From: Clostridia bacterium
GTDB lineage: Bacteria > Bacillota > Clostridia > JAAYHZ01
Length of the DNA: 64,000 nt
Assembly (NCBI GenBank): GCA_050950825.1
Contig: JBMNIH010000002.1
Location: 448,001 to 512,000, forward strand
Direction: 5' to 3'
In this document: positions 52,698 to 62,358 of the stretch, in pieces
How the letters are laid out: every line of letters starts with the position of its first letter
Position numbering within the stretch: the stretch's first letter is position 1
Position numbers and translations under genes: made by a program
Notes under the pieces: generated by a model
The model's database searches: none
The model's input: the letters and a program-made list of their open reading frames with translations, nothing else
What the model was told of the DNA's origin: nothing

Positions 52698-54467
52698 TTA
52701 TCTTTTAGTGTCGGCAATAAGTTGACGTATTGCTCCGGGTTTTAGAAAACGTTGATTAAGTACAAGATTCAAGGCATTACCGATATCCTTTAGAAGGGGA
52801 TCATAATAAGCTACTCGGTATACGTTATCCTTAACTAAACAAGCCTGATATTTTCTCAAAGACTTAATTATCTGTTCGGGAGCGTACTCCTTATTCAAAC
52901 GCTTTGCCAAAAGTCTTAAAATCAGCAATGCAATGAAGCACGTAAGAAAATGTCCTTCTATCCTTTGTTTCAATGTAACATAAACGGGACGGGTTTCAAG
53001 ATCGCTTTTGGTAATTCGAAAACTATGTTCAATTTCCCAAAGCTCATGATATCTCTTGGCGACTTCGTGATCCGGCATATTGATTTCGCTTGTAATAATT
53101 ACATAATAACCGTCGTACTTTTCGTCTTCCATGATTTTTTCCGTATCCAAATAAGGAATACGTTTCGTATTGATGCATTCGCCGGTTTCGGAATCGTATT
53201 CGATATTTTTAATATAACGCAATGCGCTTTGAGCATCTTGTTTTGTATAGCGTTTGGGATTCGCTATGATTTTTTGGGCCTTTTCAATCAGTTCGGCCCG
53301 CTTATGCTTCCGGCGTCCGGCATATAGTTCGTTGTAACATACAATCTGTTTAACATCTATTGGAATCGGGCGTTTCTTGCCGTCCGCATGGGTAACCCGA
53401 AATTCCTGCGGATACGGTCTGGATTTTAAGCGGAAAACGGGTTCTCGTTTTTCCGTTTTTTCATCCCACAGATCCGCCGACTTTACCACTCCTTTTTTCT
53501 CCACATAACCCGAAGGGTCAAATACAAAAGACTGTAGTTCCTTATTGGCTCCTCGTATTTTTTGCGAGAAGATGAAACCGTCTTTTTCAGCCGTTAAAAA
53601 TGCCACGTTATCACCGCAATTTAACGCTTTATCCGCAACAACGATAATTCTTCCCAATCCGTATTCTTCCCGTACCTTCTCAATAATCGGCATCATTGTT
53701 TGACTGTCATGGGTATTTCCTTCGAAGAGACGATATGTAATGGGAATCGCATCCGAATCCAGCAATAAACCCATTTGTACCAAAGGGTTACCGGTATTAT
53801 CTTTGCAATAACCTTTCTTACGAAACTTGTCTTCTTCGTCAATCTCAAAATAGTAATTGGTAACGTCATAAAAAGTTATGTCGGTCTTGCGATTGTAATG
53901 GATTCTTACCTGCTCATGGAGATGAAGAAGAAGGTCTTCTCGAAAATCGGAAAAGTAATCCAATGCCCGATATACGTCATACCAATCGCAATTGAAAGGT
54001 CTTGCTATTCTTTCTTTCTCTTGAAAACTCGCTATTTTTGATCCCGGTGCGAGTATGCGTGTGTAGACCAAAAGTTGCATGACATCGTTTAGGGAATAGT
54101 CCATAGACTTACTGTGCTGACGGTTAATCAAGAATTGATCAATTTTGAGTTCATGATAAATTCGGCTTAAAGGCAGAAATCCCAAATGGTACATGGCATC
54201 TTCGTTCTCATCCATTACTTCATTTGTACTTACATACCCTAAATAGACATCTTCTTCGGCTTCTTGCTTTTTCTTCTCCAAAGTACGTAAACGTGCTACT
54301 TCTTTAAAGTGAGCAATCGGATCTTCAAAACGATCCAAATATTCGTCAACGTAACCTAAATTTTCGATTACATTATGCTTTACTTTCTTTGTTTTCGGAT
54401 CTCTATAACCTTCGACAAAACTCAAATTTATACGACCGTTTTTTTGCGGAGTAACTTTCAGGTACAT
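52698..54467 (-). CDS. IS1634-family transposase
   Basis: YDVTNYYFE, QMGLL.D...IP, VADKAL, W.IE.SFR..K..L..RP, HFLTCFIAL. Confidence 0.93.
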   Translation of the reverse strand: MYLKVTPQKNGRINLSFVEGYRDPKTKKVKHNVIENLGYVDEYLDRFEDPIAHFKEVARLRTLEKKKQEAEEDVYLGYVSTNEVMDENEDAMYHLGFLPLSRIYHELKIDQFLINRQHSKSMDYSLNDVMQLLVYTRILAPGSKIASFQEKERIARPFNCDWYDVYRALDYFSDFREDLLLHLHEQVRIHYNRKTDITFYDVTNYYFEIDEEDKFRKKGYCKDNTGNPLVQMGLLLDSDAIPITYRLFEGNTHDSQTMMPIIEKVREEYGLGRIIVVADKALNCGDNVAFLTAEKDGFIFSQKIRGANKELQSFVFDPSGYVEKKGVVKSADLWDEKTEKREPVFRLKSRPYPQEFRVTHADGKKRPIPIDVKQIVCYNELYAGRRKHKRAELIEKAQKIIANPKRYTKQDAQSALRYIKNIEYDSETGECINTKRIPYLDTEKIMEDEKYDGYYVIITSEINMPDHEVAKRYHELWEIEHSFRITKSDLETRPVYVTLKQRIEGHFLTCFIALLILRLLAKRLNKEYAPEQIIKSLRKYQACLVKDNVYRVAYYDPLLKDIGNALNLVLNQRFLKPGAIRQLIADTKR

Positions 54468-54499
54468 GACCGTCCTCCAAAGATCTATATTCTTAACTG

Positions 54500-54528
54500 A
54501 TTATATCATAATACACAACTATAGTCAA
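54500..54528 (-). promoter_or_regulatory. Sigma-A promoter of the IS1634 transposase
   Basis: TTGACT-17 bp-TATAAT with extended -10 TG, ~33 bp upstream of ATG. Confidence 0.75.
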
Positions 54529-54630
54529 CAAAATTAAGAAAATAATTTGACATAAAAAAAGCGATCTAACAGCGTCATATCAATGGTTTTCATAATCTTT
54601 TTAGGACTAGTTAACTGTTAAACTCGCGCG

Positions 54631-54748
54631 GATCATCACCTTTATGGTTTCATCGATATTCCTCCGCAAATTCTACGCCTTCTTGTCAATCCGTTTCCGT
54701 ACGAAAAGTACGATTTCTGTACTAGTAGTTTTTTTCTCCGTAGTTTAT
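54631..54748. repeat. 118-bp direct repeat, right copy
   Basis: Identical to 52475-52592. Confidence 0.92.
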
Positions 54749-54750
54749 AC

Positions 54751-54762
54751 TGTACATGTACA
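54751..54762. promoter_or_regulatory. Palindromic GntR-like operator upstream of the sulfotransferase operon
   Basis: Perfect palindrome TGTACATGTACA ~30 bp before the start codon, with further GTAC half-sites nearby. Confidence 0.4.
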
Positions 54763-54792
54763 AGTACAAAACTAGATATTTGAGGTGATGGT

Positions 54793-55593
54793 ATGATAAA
54801 GCTAGGTGTCAACTCGGTTCTATTCGGCGGGTATGATTTTGAGACCGCTTGCAAATATATCTCATTAGCCGGATACGACGGTCTTGAAATCTCCGCAATC
54901 AAAGGAATGTGCGAGCACCTGATGCCGGACGATTGGAAATCGCAAGAAAACATGCTGAAGGAAACAATGGAAAAATACAATTTGGCTTTCTTGGCAACCG
55001 AAGTAGCGTCTTTAGACGAAGATCGCTTGACAAAAACCTTTGAAGCTTGCCAAGCTTTAGGTATCCCTATCGTCAACATCGGTCCGGGAGGAAAAAGCAA
55101 CGTAAAAGAAGATATGCCGATCCTCATCGATAAACTGATTCGTTTGAGTCAAAAAGCAAAAAGCTACGGCGTAACTCTTTGCTGCAAAGCTCATGTAGGC
55201 GCGGTCATGTACAACACCCCGACAACCTTGGAAGTGATGGAAGCGGTAACGGATCCCTCTTTCGGAATCGACATGGATCCTTCTCACATCTACCGTGCGG
55301 GAGAACTGCCCGAAGAAGCGCTGCCCCAAGTTATCGGCAGGGTAAAACATATCCATATTCGAGATTGTAAAGGGCGTCAGCAAGGTCCGGGATCCCCGGC
55401 GAACCAATCTTGCGGCCGCGGAGATATCGATTTGTACGCATATTTGTCCGTTCTTGTTCAAAACGGATATTCGGGACCCATCAACCTGGAGGTTATCGGT
55501 GCTCTTCAAATGGGCCTTCCCGAAGTTTCCATTATCGCTGCGGAAAGCTACGGATATTTAAACGCTTGTCTAAAAAAATTAGGAGCAAGGTAA
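54793..55593 (+). CDS. Sugar phosphate isomerase/epimerase (xylose-isomerase-like TIM barrel)
   Basis: AGYDGLEI, DMDPSH, HIHIRD, G.GDID, GYSGPINLE. Confidence 0.82.
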   Translation: MIKLGVNSVLFGGYDFETACKYISLAGYDGLEISAIKGMCEHLMPDDWKSQENMLKETMEKYNLAFLATEVASLDEDRLTKTFEACQALGIPIVNIGPGGKSNVKEDMPILIDKLIRLSQKAKSYGVTLCCKAHVGAVMYNTPTTLEVMEAVTDPSFGIDMDPSHIYRAGELPEEALPQVIGRVKHIHIRDCKGRQQGPGSPANQSCGRGDIDLYAYLSVLVQNGYSGPINLEVIGALQMGLPEVSIIAAESYGYLNACLKKLGAR

Positions 55594-55603
55594 GGAGATC
55601 AAT

Positions 55604-56971
55604 ATGAGTAAGAAAAAGAATCTAATCATTTTCGGTATTGACAGTTTAAGAAGAGATCATATGAGCTTGTACGGCTATGACCGTTTGACGACTCCCCATA
55701 TTGATAAATATGCCAAAGGCGGAGTCACGTTTAACAACCCCTTCAGTCCGTCCATCCCCACCACTCCGGGATATGCATCCATGCTGACCGGGCTGGACAG
55801 CTTCGGAACCAACACCGTCGCTCTGCGTCATAAGGGAGAAGTTTTAGGGAAAACGTTAGCGGAATTGTTGAGGGAAAACGGATATACCACCACAAATATC
55901 GGATTTCGAAATGCAGCGGGTCGAGGATTTGACAAATACATCGATTTCGCAGGTTGGGGTCCCAATGAAACCGGCCGCTCTCCGAAGGCGCAAAACTTAA
56001 ACGATGTAGCCATCCCCGAACTGAAAAGATTGGCGGCTCAAGATCAGCCCTTCTTCCTTTTCATGCGCCACATGGATCCTCACTCCCCTTATTTACCGCC
56101 TCTTCCTTTTAAGAATATTTTCTACAACAAGAACGAAACCGATCCGAACAACAAATCCATGGAGCCGGTGAAGAACTTTAAACCCTTCGGCGACTACATC
56201 ATGTCGTGGCTTCCCGAAGGATGTACGGACAAGGATTACGTAATCGCCCAATACGACGGCGCCATCGCCTATATGGACGCCTGCATCGCCAATATATTCG
56301 ATGCCATCAAAGCATTGGGGCTTGAAGAAGAAACCCTTGTGGTCATTACCTCCGACCACGGCGAAACCCTGTATGACCACGACTGCTTCTTTGACCACCA
56401 CGGTCTTTACGACTGCACCTTGGTGGTACCCTTGGTCTTCCGCTGCCCGGGAGTGGTTCCCGAAAACATGAGAATCGACGATTACTGCCAGTTGAAGGAC
56501 GTAATGCCTACCATCGTGGATCTGTTGGAAATCGAACACGATCTCAAATTCGACGGCAGAAGCTTGGTTCCCTTAATGCAGGGCAAAGAAAGAACGCCGG
56601 AGCCGGAAATGTACATTACGGAATGTACTTGGATGAGAAAACACGGATGGCGTACTCCGGAATGGAAGCTGATCTGTGCATTGGAGCCGGATTTCCACTT
56701 TAAACCGGAAATCGAATTGTACAATCTGATCATCGATCCGGAAGAAAACAACAACGTTGCCGATCGGTATCCGGAAGTGGTGGCCTTTTTGAAGGATAGA
56801 ATGGAAAAACACATTAAGAAAAGAGAAGCCGAAACCGGCAGAACCGCACCCATCTACACGAATTTGGATTGGGCGGGTAACGGAAAAACACCCTTTAAAT
56901 CCTCTCAAGAAGCGTACGATTCCCTCTATATCGGCAGTATCGACACGGCAGTAAAGCTTCAGAAAAAATAG
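55604..56971 (+). CDS. Sulfatase-like alkaline phosphatase superfamily hydrolase, Thr at the nucleophile position
   Basis: IDSLRRDH, TTPGYASMLTG in place of C/SxPxRxxxxTG, DPHSPY, TSDHGE, DHHGLY, ELYNL..DP.E..N. Confidence 0.8.
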   Translation: MSKKKNLIIFGIDSLRRDHMSLYGYDRLTTPHIDKYAKGGVTFNNPFSPSIPTTPGYASMLTGLDSFGTNTVALRHKGEVLGKTLAELLRENGYTTTNIGFRNAAGRGFDKYIDFAGWGPNETGRSPKAQNLNDVAIPELKRLAAQDQPFFLFMRHMDPHSPYLPPLPFKNIFYNKNETDPNNKSMEPVKNFKPFGDYIMSWLPEGCTDKDYVIAQYDGAIAYMDACIANIFDAIKALGLEEETLVVITSDHGETLYDHDCFFDHHGLYDCTLVVPLVFRCPGVVPENMRIDDYCQLKDVMPTIVDLLEIEHDLKFDGRSLVPLMQGKERTPEPEMYITECTWMRKHGWRTPEWKLICALEPDFHFKPEIELYNLIIDPEENNNVADRYPEVVAFLKDRMEKHIKKREAETGRTAPIYTNLDWAGNGKTPFKSSQEAYDSLYIGSIDTAVKLQKK

Positions 56972-57000
56972 TTCATAAGGCATCAAGGAGTAAAGCATCT

Positions 57001-57732
57001 ATGACAATGATTACGGTTATCGGGCGCGGGCACTCGGGTACCCGCGCCATATCCCATACGTTATCCGCCAGCGGCGTATATATGGGGGCTCAGCTGAATA
57101 AATCCGGTGATATGATTCCTCCTGAAGATATGTACGAAGCTTGCCGGGTTATGGCAAAGTACGTAGAATACAAAGGCAATCTTCAATGGGATTTTTCAAG
57201 ATTGCACACCATGAAAATCGACCCTTTGTTTATCAAACACTTGGAACTGTATTTGGATTCGGTATTAAAAAGCGATGCGGACAAAAAAGGCTGGAAGATA
57301 CCGGAGACCACTTTGATTTATCCTTGGATCATACGATTGTTCCCGGACATTAAGTATATTTTCTGGGTTCGCGATCCGAGAGACAGCATTTTAGGCGCTC
57401 ATTTGACCGATGATTTGGAAGACTTCGGCATTAAATACGACAAATCCGATGATATCTATCATAATCGAGCGATCAGCTGGCTTTACCAGCGTCAAATCGT
57501 GAAAGCCACACCGCCGCCGAAATACGGAATTCATGTCCGATTCGAAGATTTCGTTCTAAAACAAGACGAGACGTTAAAGCGTTTGGAAGAATATTTAGGA
57601 TTTCCCTTGGCGAAGATACCGGTTCGTCCCGAATCGGTGGGGCGTTGGAAAATCCAAGGCTGCCCTGTGAATCCCGTCATTTTCAAGGAAGAATTGATCG
57701 AGTTGGGATATGAACATTCCTTTGATGAATAG
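57001..57732 (+). CDS. PAPS-dependent sulfotransferase
   Basis: GRGHSGT 5'-PSB loop, GWK.P, VRDPRD 3'-PB motif, RFED. Confidence 0.85.
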   Translation: MTMITVIGRGHSGTRAISHTLSASGVYMGAQLNKSGDMIPPEDMYEACRVMAKYVEYKGNLQWDFSRLHTMKIDPLFIKHLELYLDSVLKSDADKKGWKIPETTLIYPWIIRLFPDIKYIFWVRDPRDSILGAHLTDDLEDFGIKYDKSDDIYHNRAISWLYQRQIVKATPPPKYGIHVRFEDFVLKQDETLKRLEEYLGFPLAKIPVRPESVGRWKIQGCPVNPVIFKEELIELGYEHSFDE

Positions 57733-57750
57733 AACAAGAGGTGACCTCAA

Positions 57751-58755
57751 TTGAAAAAATGTTGCGTGATCGGTATGGGACCTATCGGCAATACGCACGC
57801 TCGCGTCTATACCGAACTTGATTTTGTAGAACTGGCAGCCGTTTGCGATATTCGGCCGGACCGTGCCAAAGCCGCCGGTGAAAAATACGGCGTTCCTTGG
57901 TACACCGACGCTCCTACCATGCTGAAGGAAGTAAAGCCGGACTTTTGCAGCGTGGCTACGGGAGGCTACGAATACGGAAGCGATCATGCTTTGCCGGTTT
58001 TACAAGCATTCGAAGCGGGCTGCCACGTATTGTGCGAAAAACCTATATCCAACGAATTGGAGCCTGCAAGAGCCATGGTTCGAAAAGCAATGGAAAAAAA
58101 TCTTTGCTTCGGAATCGATTTCAACCACCGGTTCACTCCCGCCGCATACAAAGCGAAGGAGTGGCAAAACCAAGGCTTGTTAGGCGATTTGCTTTTCGTG
58201 AACATGGCATTATGGATCGGCAAGTTTCAAAAGCTGGAGTCTCCCTTTTACCATTTAAAGGCCTTGAATCCCCACAGCATTGACATGATGCGTCATTACT
58301 GCGGAGACATTGAAAAGGTACAGTGCTTTGCCATGAAAGCTCCCGGAAGAGATATTTGGTCTACCGCCTCCATCAATATGCTGTTTAAAAACGGCGCCGT
58401 AGGACATTTGACCAGCAGCTACGATATTGAGCGGGGACATCCCATGGAAAGGTGCGAAGTCGCCGGAACCAAGGGCCGTATGGTAATTGAAGACATGTGG
58501 AGAGAGGCTACACTGTATCCTGCAGGCAACTACGAAAAACGTGTGTTTACCAATCCGGTATTCGGAGGGTACGAAAGCTTTTACGACACCTTCAAAGCCC
58601 GTATTACGGCATTTGCAAAGCAAATAGCGGAAGGAGCCAAGCCCGACGAAATCGACGGATCCGGATTGGACGGTCTCATGGCGCAAACGGTGATTCAAGC
58701 GGCTATAGACTCGTTAGTGACCGGGAAGGTCGTTGACGTGGAATATATACTGTAA
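57751..58755 (+). CDS. Gfo/Idh/MocA family oxidoreductase
   Basis: GMGPIG, HVLCEKP, FNHRF, H.ID. Confidence 0.9.
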   Translation: MKKCCVIGMGPIGNTHARVYTELDFVELAAVCDIRPDRAKAAGEKYGVPWYTDAPTMLKEVKPDFCSVATGGYEYGSDHALPVLQAFEAGCHVLCEKPISNELEPARAMVRKAMEKNLCFGIDFNHRFTPAAYKAKEWQNQGLLGDLLFVNMALWIGKFQKLESPFYHLKALNPHSIDMMRHYCGDIEKVQCFAMKAPGRDIWSTASINMLFKNGAVGHLTSSYDIERGHPMERCEVAGTKGRMVIEDMWREATLYPAGNYEKRVFTNPVFGGYESFYDTFKARITAFAKQIAEGAKPDEIDGSGLDGLMAQTVIQAAIDSLVTGKVVDVEYIL

Positions 58756-58786
58756 AAAGATAAAAGGTACTAAAGGAAACGATTGC

Positions 58787-59599
58787 ATGAAATATTTAAA
58801 CGAACAGGACATAGCCTACATTGAGAATTTGGCAATGAAAGCTTGCCAAGCCATCATGGAGGTTTACGTTACGGATTTCGATGTGGAAATAAAAAAGGAC
58901 CAAAGTCCTTTGACATTGGCCGATAAAAAATCCAATGAGATTATTACGAAAGGATTGGCTCTTCGTTTTCCCGACTACGCCATTTTGGCCGAGGAATCGA
59001 AGGACGATTTCATTAGGCTTCAAAACGACTATTGCTTTATTGTCGATCCCTTGGACGGTACAAAGGAGTTTATTAAAAGAAACGGAGAATTTACCGTAAA
59101 CATCGCCTTGGCCTACCGTCATAAAGCGGTATTCGGAATGGTTGCGGTTCCCGTGACAAACGAGGTGTATATCGCGCAAAAAGGAGAAGGAGCCTATTAC
59201 AAAAAAGACGGAAGGATGGAAAGGCTTCGGGTATCGAACAGAAGATCCGAGCTGGTGATGGTAGCCAGCCGGTCCCATCCGTCGGAAGAGTTGACCAAGG
59301 TTATGGAGCTTAATCAAGAGAAAATAGGCGGTACCGTCAATGTGGGAAGCTCCTTAAAAGGCTGCATGATTGCTCGAGGAATCGCCGATATTTATTACCG
59401 TTTCGGTCTCACGTCGGAATGGGATACGGCGGCCATGCAGTGTATCGTGGAAGAAGCCGGCGCGATATTTAAAAACATGGACGATACCGATATGACGTAC
59501 AACCGCGAAGACGTCTTAAACCGAAAAGGCTTTTACATCCTCAACGATCCTGCGAATAAGCTGTTGCTTCCGAACAAGGCGAAGGATGGAAATATATAA
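58787..59599 (+). CDS. cysQ: 3'(2'),5'-bisphosphate nucleotidase CysQ
   Basis: K.D.SPLT.AD, VDPLDGTKEF, EFTVNIAL, SRSH, GSSLK, T.EWDTAA. Confidence 0.92.
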   Translation: MKYLNEQDIAYIENLAMKACQAIMEVYVTDFDVEIKKDQSPLTLADKKSNEIITKGLALRFPDYAILAEESKDDFIRLQNDYCFIVDPLDGTKEFIKRNGEFTVNIALAYRHKAVFGMVAVPVTNEVYIAQKGEGAYYKKDGRMERLRVSNRRSELVMVASRSHPSEELTKVMELNQEKIGGTVNVGSSLKGCMIARGIADIYYRFGLTSEWDTAAMQCIVEEAGAIFKNMDDTDMTYNREDVLNRKGFYILNDPANKLLLPNKAKDGNI

Positions 59600-59613
59600 A
59601 ACAAAAAATGTAC

Positions 59614-59651
59614 AAAAAAACATTCGGCTTTTTTATGACCGAATGTTTTTT
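59614..59651. terminator. Bidirectional intrinsic terminator
   Basis: AAAAAAACATTCGG...CCGAATGTTTTTT between convergent genes. Confidence 0.85.
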
Positions 59652-59661
59652 ATTGACCGAT

Positions 59662-60972
59662 TTATTGATTTTTAACGGCTTCTTTAAACAATGTTCGCAT
59701 TTTTTCAAGAACGGTTTGGTAATAAGGGTCCAATGCGTCGTTACACATTTCCCAAGGACTTCTGTTTAAATCATACAGCTGCTCACGGTTTGCTCCGTCA
59801 AAGTACAGAACGTATTTATAATCCGGCGTAACGACGGCATCGCCGATCTCGCTCTCAACTTTAAGATATTCTCTTTTTTCAATGTCTTTTCCGTCAAGAA
59901 GAGGTTTTAAACTCATTCCTTTTAGATTTTTGGGAACCTCCACACCGGCATAGTCACATATGGTAGGATATATATCCAAACCGTTAGACACTAAATCGTT
60001 GCACACACCTACCCTTTTTGCATTGGGATCGGATATGACAAAGGGAATTCTCATGGCTTCTTCGTAAAGCGCCGATTTGTGTTCCATTTTATGAGAGGCA
60101 TCCATATCCCCGTGGTCGCCGGTGAAAAGAATTACGGTATTTTTTTCGATGCCCTTTTCCTGCAAGGCTTTTATTAACACACCGATTTGGCTGTCCACCG
60201 CTTCGGTGAGCTTTGCATAAACGTATCGGTGCATCCGCCACTGTTCGTCGGTATAGGTTGTGCGAGCCATGTATCGGAAATATCTTTGTTTTAAAAGCCT
60301 TTCGATCATTTCCGGCTCGTCGTTTTGAGGCAGGTAATTATCCGGCAGAGGAGGACAAATATCCGTATAGAAGATATCCTCGCCGATTTCGTCCTTATGG
60401 CTTTTGATCTGTTCGATTCGCTCGTATTCTTGCCCCGGAGGAAGGAAAGATTTCTTTTCCTCTCCCATATGATCGATGAAGTCATAGATAGCCATGTAGC
60501 ATATATCGTGGGGATTTAAAAACGATGCAACCATAAAGAAGGGTTTTTCGCTGTTTAGAATGTAGTCACGGCAAGTATCCGCCGTTTTGTCTCGACCCTC
60601 GGAGGAAATGACGTTAAAGCCCAAATCGGTAACGCGGATCCCCCTTAGTCCGTCCTTCCCTGCGTAAACCGTATCATAGCCTCCTTCTTCTCTCAGCTTT
60701 TTCGCAATCCCGTTATCCAAGATGTCGGATGTGATCCGAATATTTCTATCATAATCACTTCTGAAATTGACCTCTCCGGGCATTTTTCCCGTCAGGATTC
60801 CGAATCGAGAAGGCGCGCAAACGGGATTCGAACAGTATGCATTTTGAAAACGCAAACCGTTCTTTGCCAGATAATCCATATGGGGCGTTCTTAAATATTT
60901 ATTACCCGCACAGCTCATCATGTCCCATCGCTGTTGATCGGTGATTATTAATACGATATTCGGCCGTTCCAT
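59662..60972 (-). CDS. Cys-type (formylglycine) sulfatase
   Basis: RPNIVLIITDQQR, CAPSRFGILTG, GK, PHD, GDHGD, EQLYDL. Confidence 0.92.
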   Translation of the reverse strand: MERPNIVLIITDQQRWDMMSCAGNKYLRTPHMDYLAKNGLRFQNAYCSNPVCAPSRFGILTGKMPGEVNFRSDYDRNIRITSDILDNGIAKKLREEGGYDTVYAGKDGLRGIRVTDLGFNVISSEGRDKTADTCRDYILNSEKPFFMVASFLNPHDICYMAIYDFIDHMGEEKKSFLPPGQEYERIEQIKSHKDEIGEDIFYTDICPPLPDNYLPQNDEPEMIERLLKQRYFRYMARTTYTDEQWRMHRYVYAKLTEAVDSQIGVLIKALQEKGIEKNTVILFTGDHGDMDASHKMEHKSALYEEAMRIPFVISDPNAKRVGVCNDLVSNGLDIYPTICDYAGVEVPKNLKGMSLKPLLDGKDIEKREYLKVESEIGDAVVTPDYKYVLYFDGANREQLYDLNRSPWEMCNDALDPYYQTVLEKMRTLFKEAVKNQ

Positions 60973-61115
60973 TCTATACACTCCTTGTATATACACGTAT
61001 TTCCCTCATTCGGTTTATGCTACTCTTTTCCGGGTTCACTCCTATTTATAGAGTGACCGATATTATATCACTCCATACCCTTAATGTAAAGTGAACCCAA
61101 AGCGGCTTTTACGAT

Positions 61116-62306
61116 TTATACCGGCATTTTTTGAAGCCTTCGAATCTCTTCTGTCATGGATAGTCCGACATCCTTTTTGCCGTCGGCAAGCATTTTCAAA
61201 AACACGGTCATCAACTCGTTATGGGCTTCGCAGGTATACAAGTTGCGAAGAGGAAGAAGAGGATGCCCCGTCGGAAACTCGGATTCATCAAAGAACTCCG
61301 GTTTATACTGCAAATGCTTGGCATGGGGGATACCGGATATGATACACCAACCCATGAAGAATCGCATTAGAAGCTCTTCGTCTTTTATCGGTTCGGAGAT
61401 TTTTTGAATATACGAAAGCATGGCTTCCTTCTCTTCGTTCTCAAAGGGCGTTATCAAGGTGCATTCGGGATTAAACCGGTATGGATAAATTTCCAAGCTT
61501 GCCGATTTCCCTTTTTTAAACGTAAGATACGGTAGGTATCCGTAATACCAAGGATCTTGGAGGTCCTTTGAGCTTGATTTGGAAAACAAGAAATTTCCCG
61601 TGCTGTACACAATCGGCACGTTGTTGTAGATTTCATACCCTTGTATGCAGTGGGGATGCATTCCGATGACGGCATCCGCTCCAAGGTCCGCAAAGGTTCG
61701 GTAGCGAGATACAACCCTCGGACTCGGAACGGGATTGTATTCGTTTCCTCCGTGCATGATTGTCAACACAAAGTCGGCTTTCTCCTTCGCTTCTTTTATG
61801 GCTTTATTTACACGAAATATATCAAAACCGGCCGTTCCGGCTTTATCAAGCTCTGCGATGCCGAATTCGTTTTCACATAAGGCTACAATCCCCAATTTAC
61901 ATCCGTTTGCTTCGAGAAACAAAGGCTTGTAGCTTTCGTCGATGTTCTTTCCTGCACCTACGTACTTGATTTTGGCTTCATCCAAGGATCGGAGGGTGGA
62001 ATAAACTCCTTCTTCGCCGTAGTCTCCTACGTGGTTGTTTGCAAGGATCGCACAATCAAAGCGTCCTGCTTTTAAGAATACCAAATTCTTCGGATGCATT
62101 TTCAAAGGCGGTCCGGATTTGTGAATCGGTGTTCCCTCCTCTATTACCGCATTTTCCAGGTTGATCAAACGAAAATCCGCTCGAGCCAAAATTGGCTGCA
62201 CCAAGCGCAAAGCTTCTTTCGAATACGTATCGTCTACAACGTCCGTCAAATTCCGCATGCAAAGGTCTCCCGCAACGGAAACGCGAAGTATCCTTTCCTT
62301 TGTCAT
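61116..62306 (-). CDS. CapA family metallophosphatase
   Basis: GD, NLE, ANNH..DYG, HGG.E, GMHPH, YSTGNF. Confidence 0.88.
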   Translation of the reverse strand: MTKERILRVSVAGDLCMRNLTDVVDDTYSKEALRLVQPILARADFRLINLENAVIEEGTPIHKSGPPLKMHPKNLVFLKAGRFDCAILANNHVGDYGEEGVYSTLRSLDEAKIKYVGAGKNIDESYKPLFLEANGCKLGIVALCENEFGIAELDKAGTAGFDIFRVNKAIKEAKEKADFVLTIMHGGNEYNPVPSPRVVSRYRTFADLGADAVIGMHPHCIQGYEIYNNVPIVYSTGNFLFSKSSSKDLQDPWYYGYLPYLTFKKGKSASLEIYPYRFNPECTLITPFENEEKEAMLSYIQKISEPIKDEELLMRFFMGWCIISGIPHAKHLQYKPEFFDESEFPTGHPLLPLRNLYTCEAHNELMTVFLKMLADGKKDVGLSMTEEIRRLQKMPV

Positions 62307-62358
62307 TCTATCGCCTCCCTTAAAATGTTAAGAAAATGTTAAGAACCGTCCCCTTCAT

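Larger units (their letters stand above)
52593..54630 (-). mobile_element. IS1634-family insertion sequence (2038 bp)
   Basis: Subterminal IR GACTTTAACAGTTA / TAACTGTTAAACTC, single transposase, long flanking direct repeat. Confidence 0.9.

Noticed and set aside
54631-54748. Duplicated segment supplying a new promoter into the IS1634 transposase
   Set aside because: Its minus-strand TTGACA is only 8 bp from TAGAAT; the element already has a well-spaced promoter at 54500-54528
61116-62306. Poly-gamma-glutamate capsule locus
   Set aside because: No capB/capC nearby and no membrane anchor; only a CapA-family metallophosphatase domain
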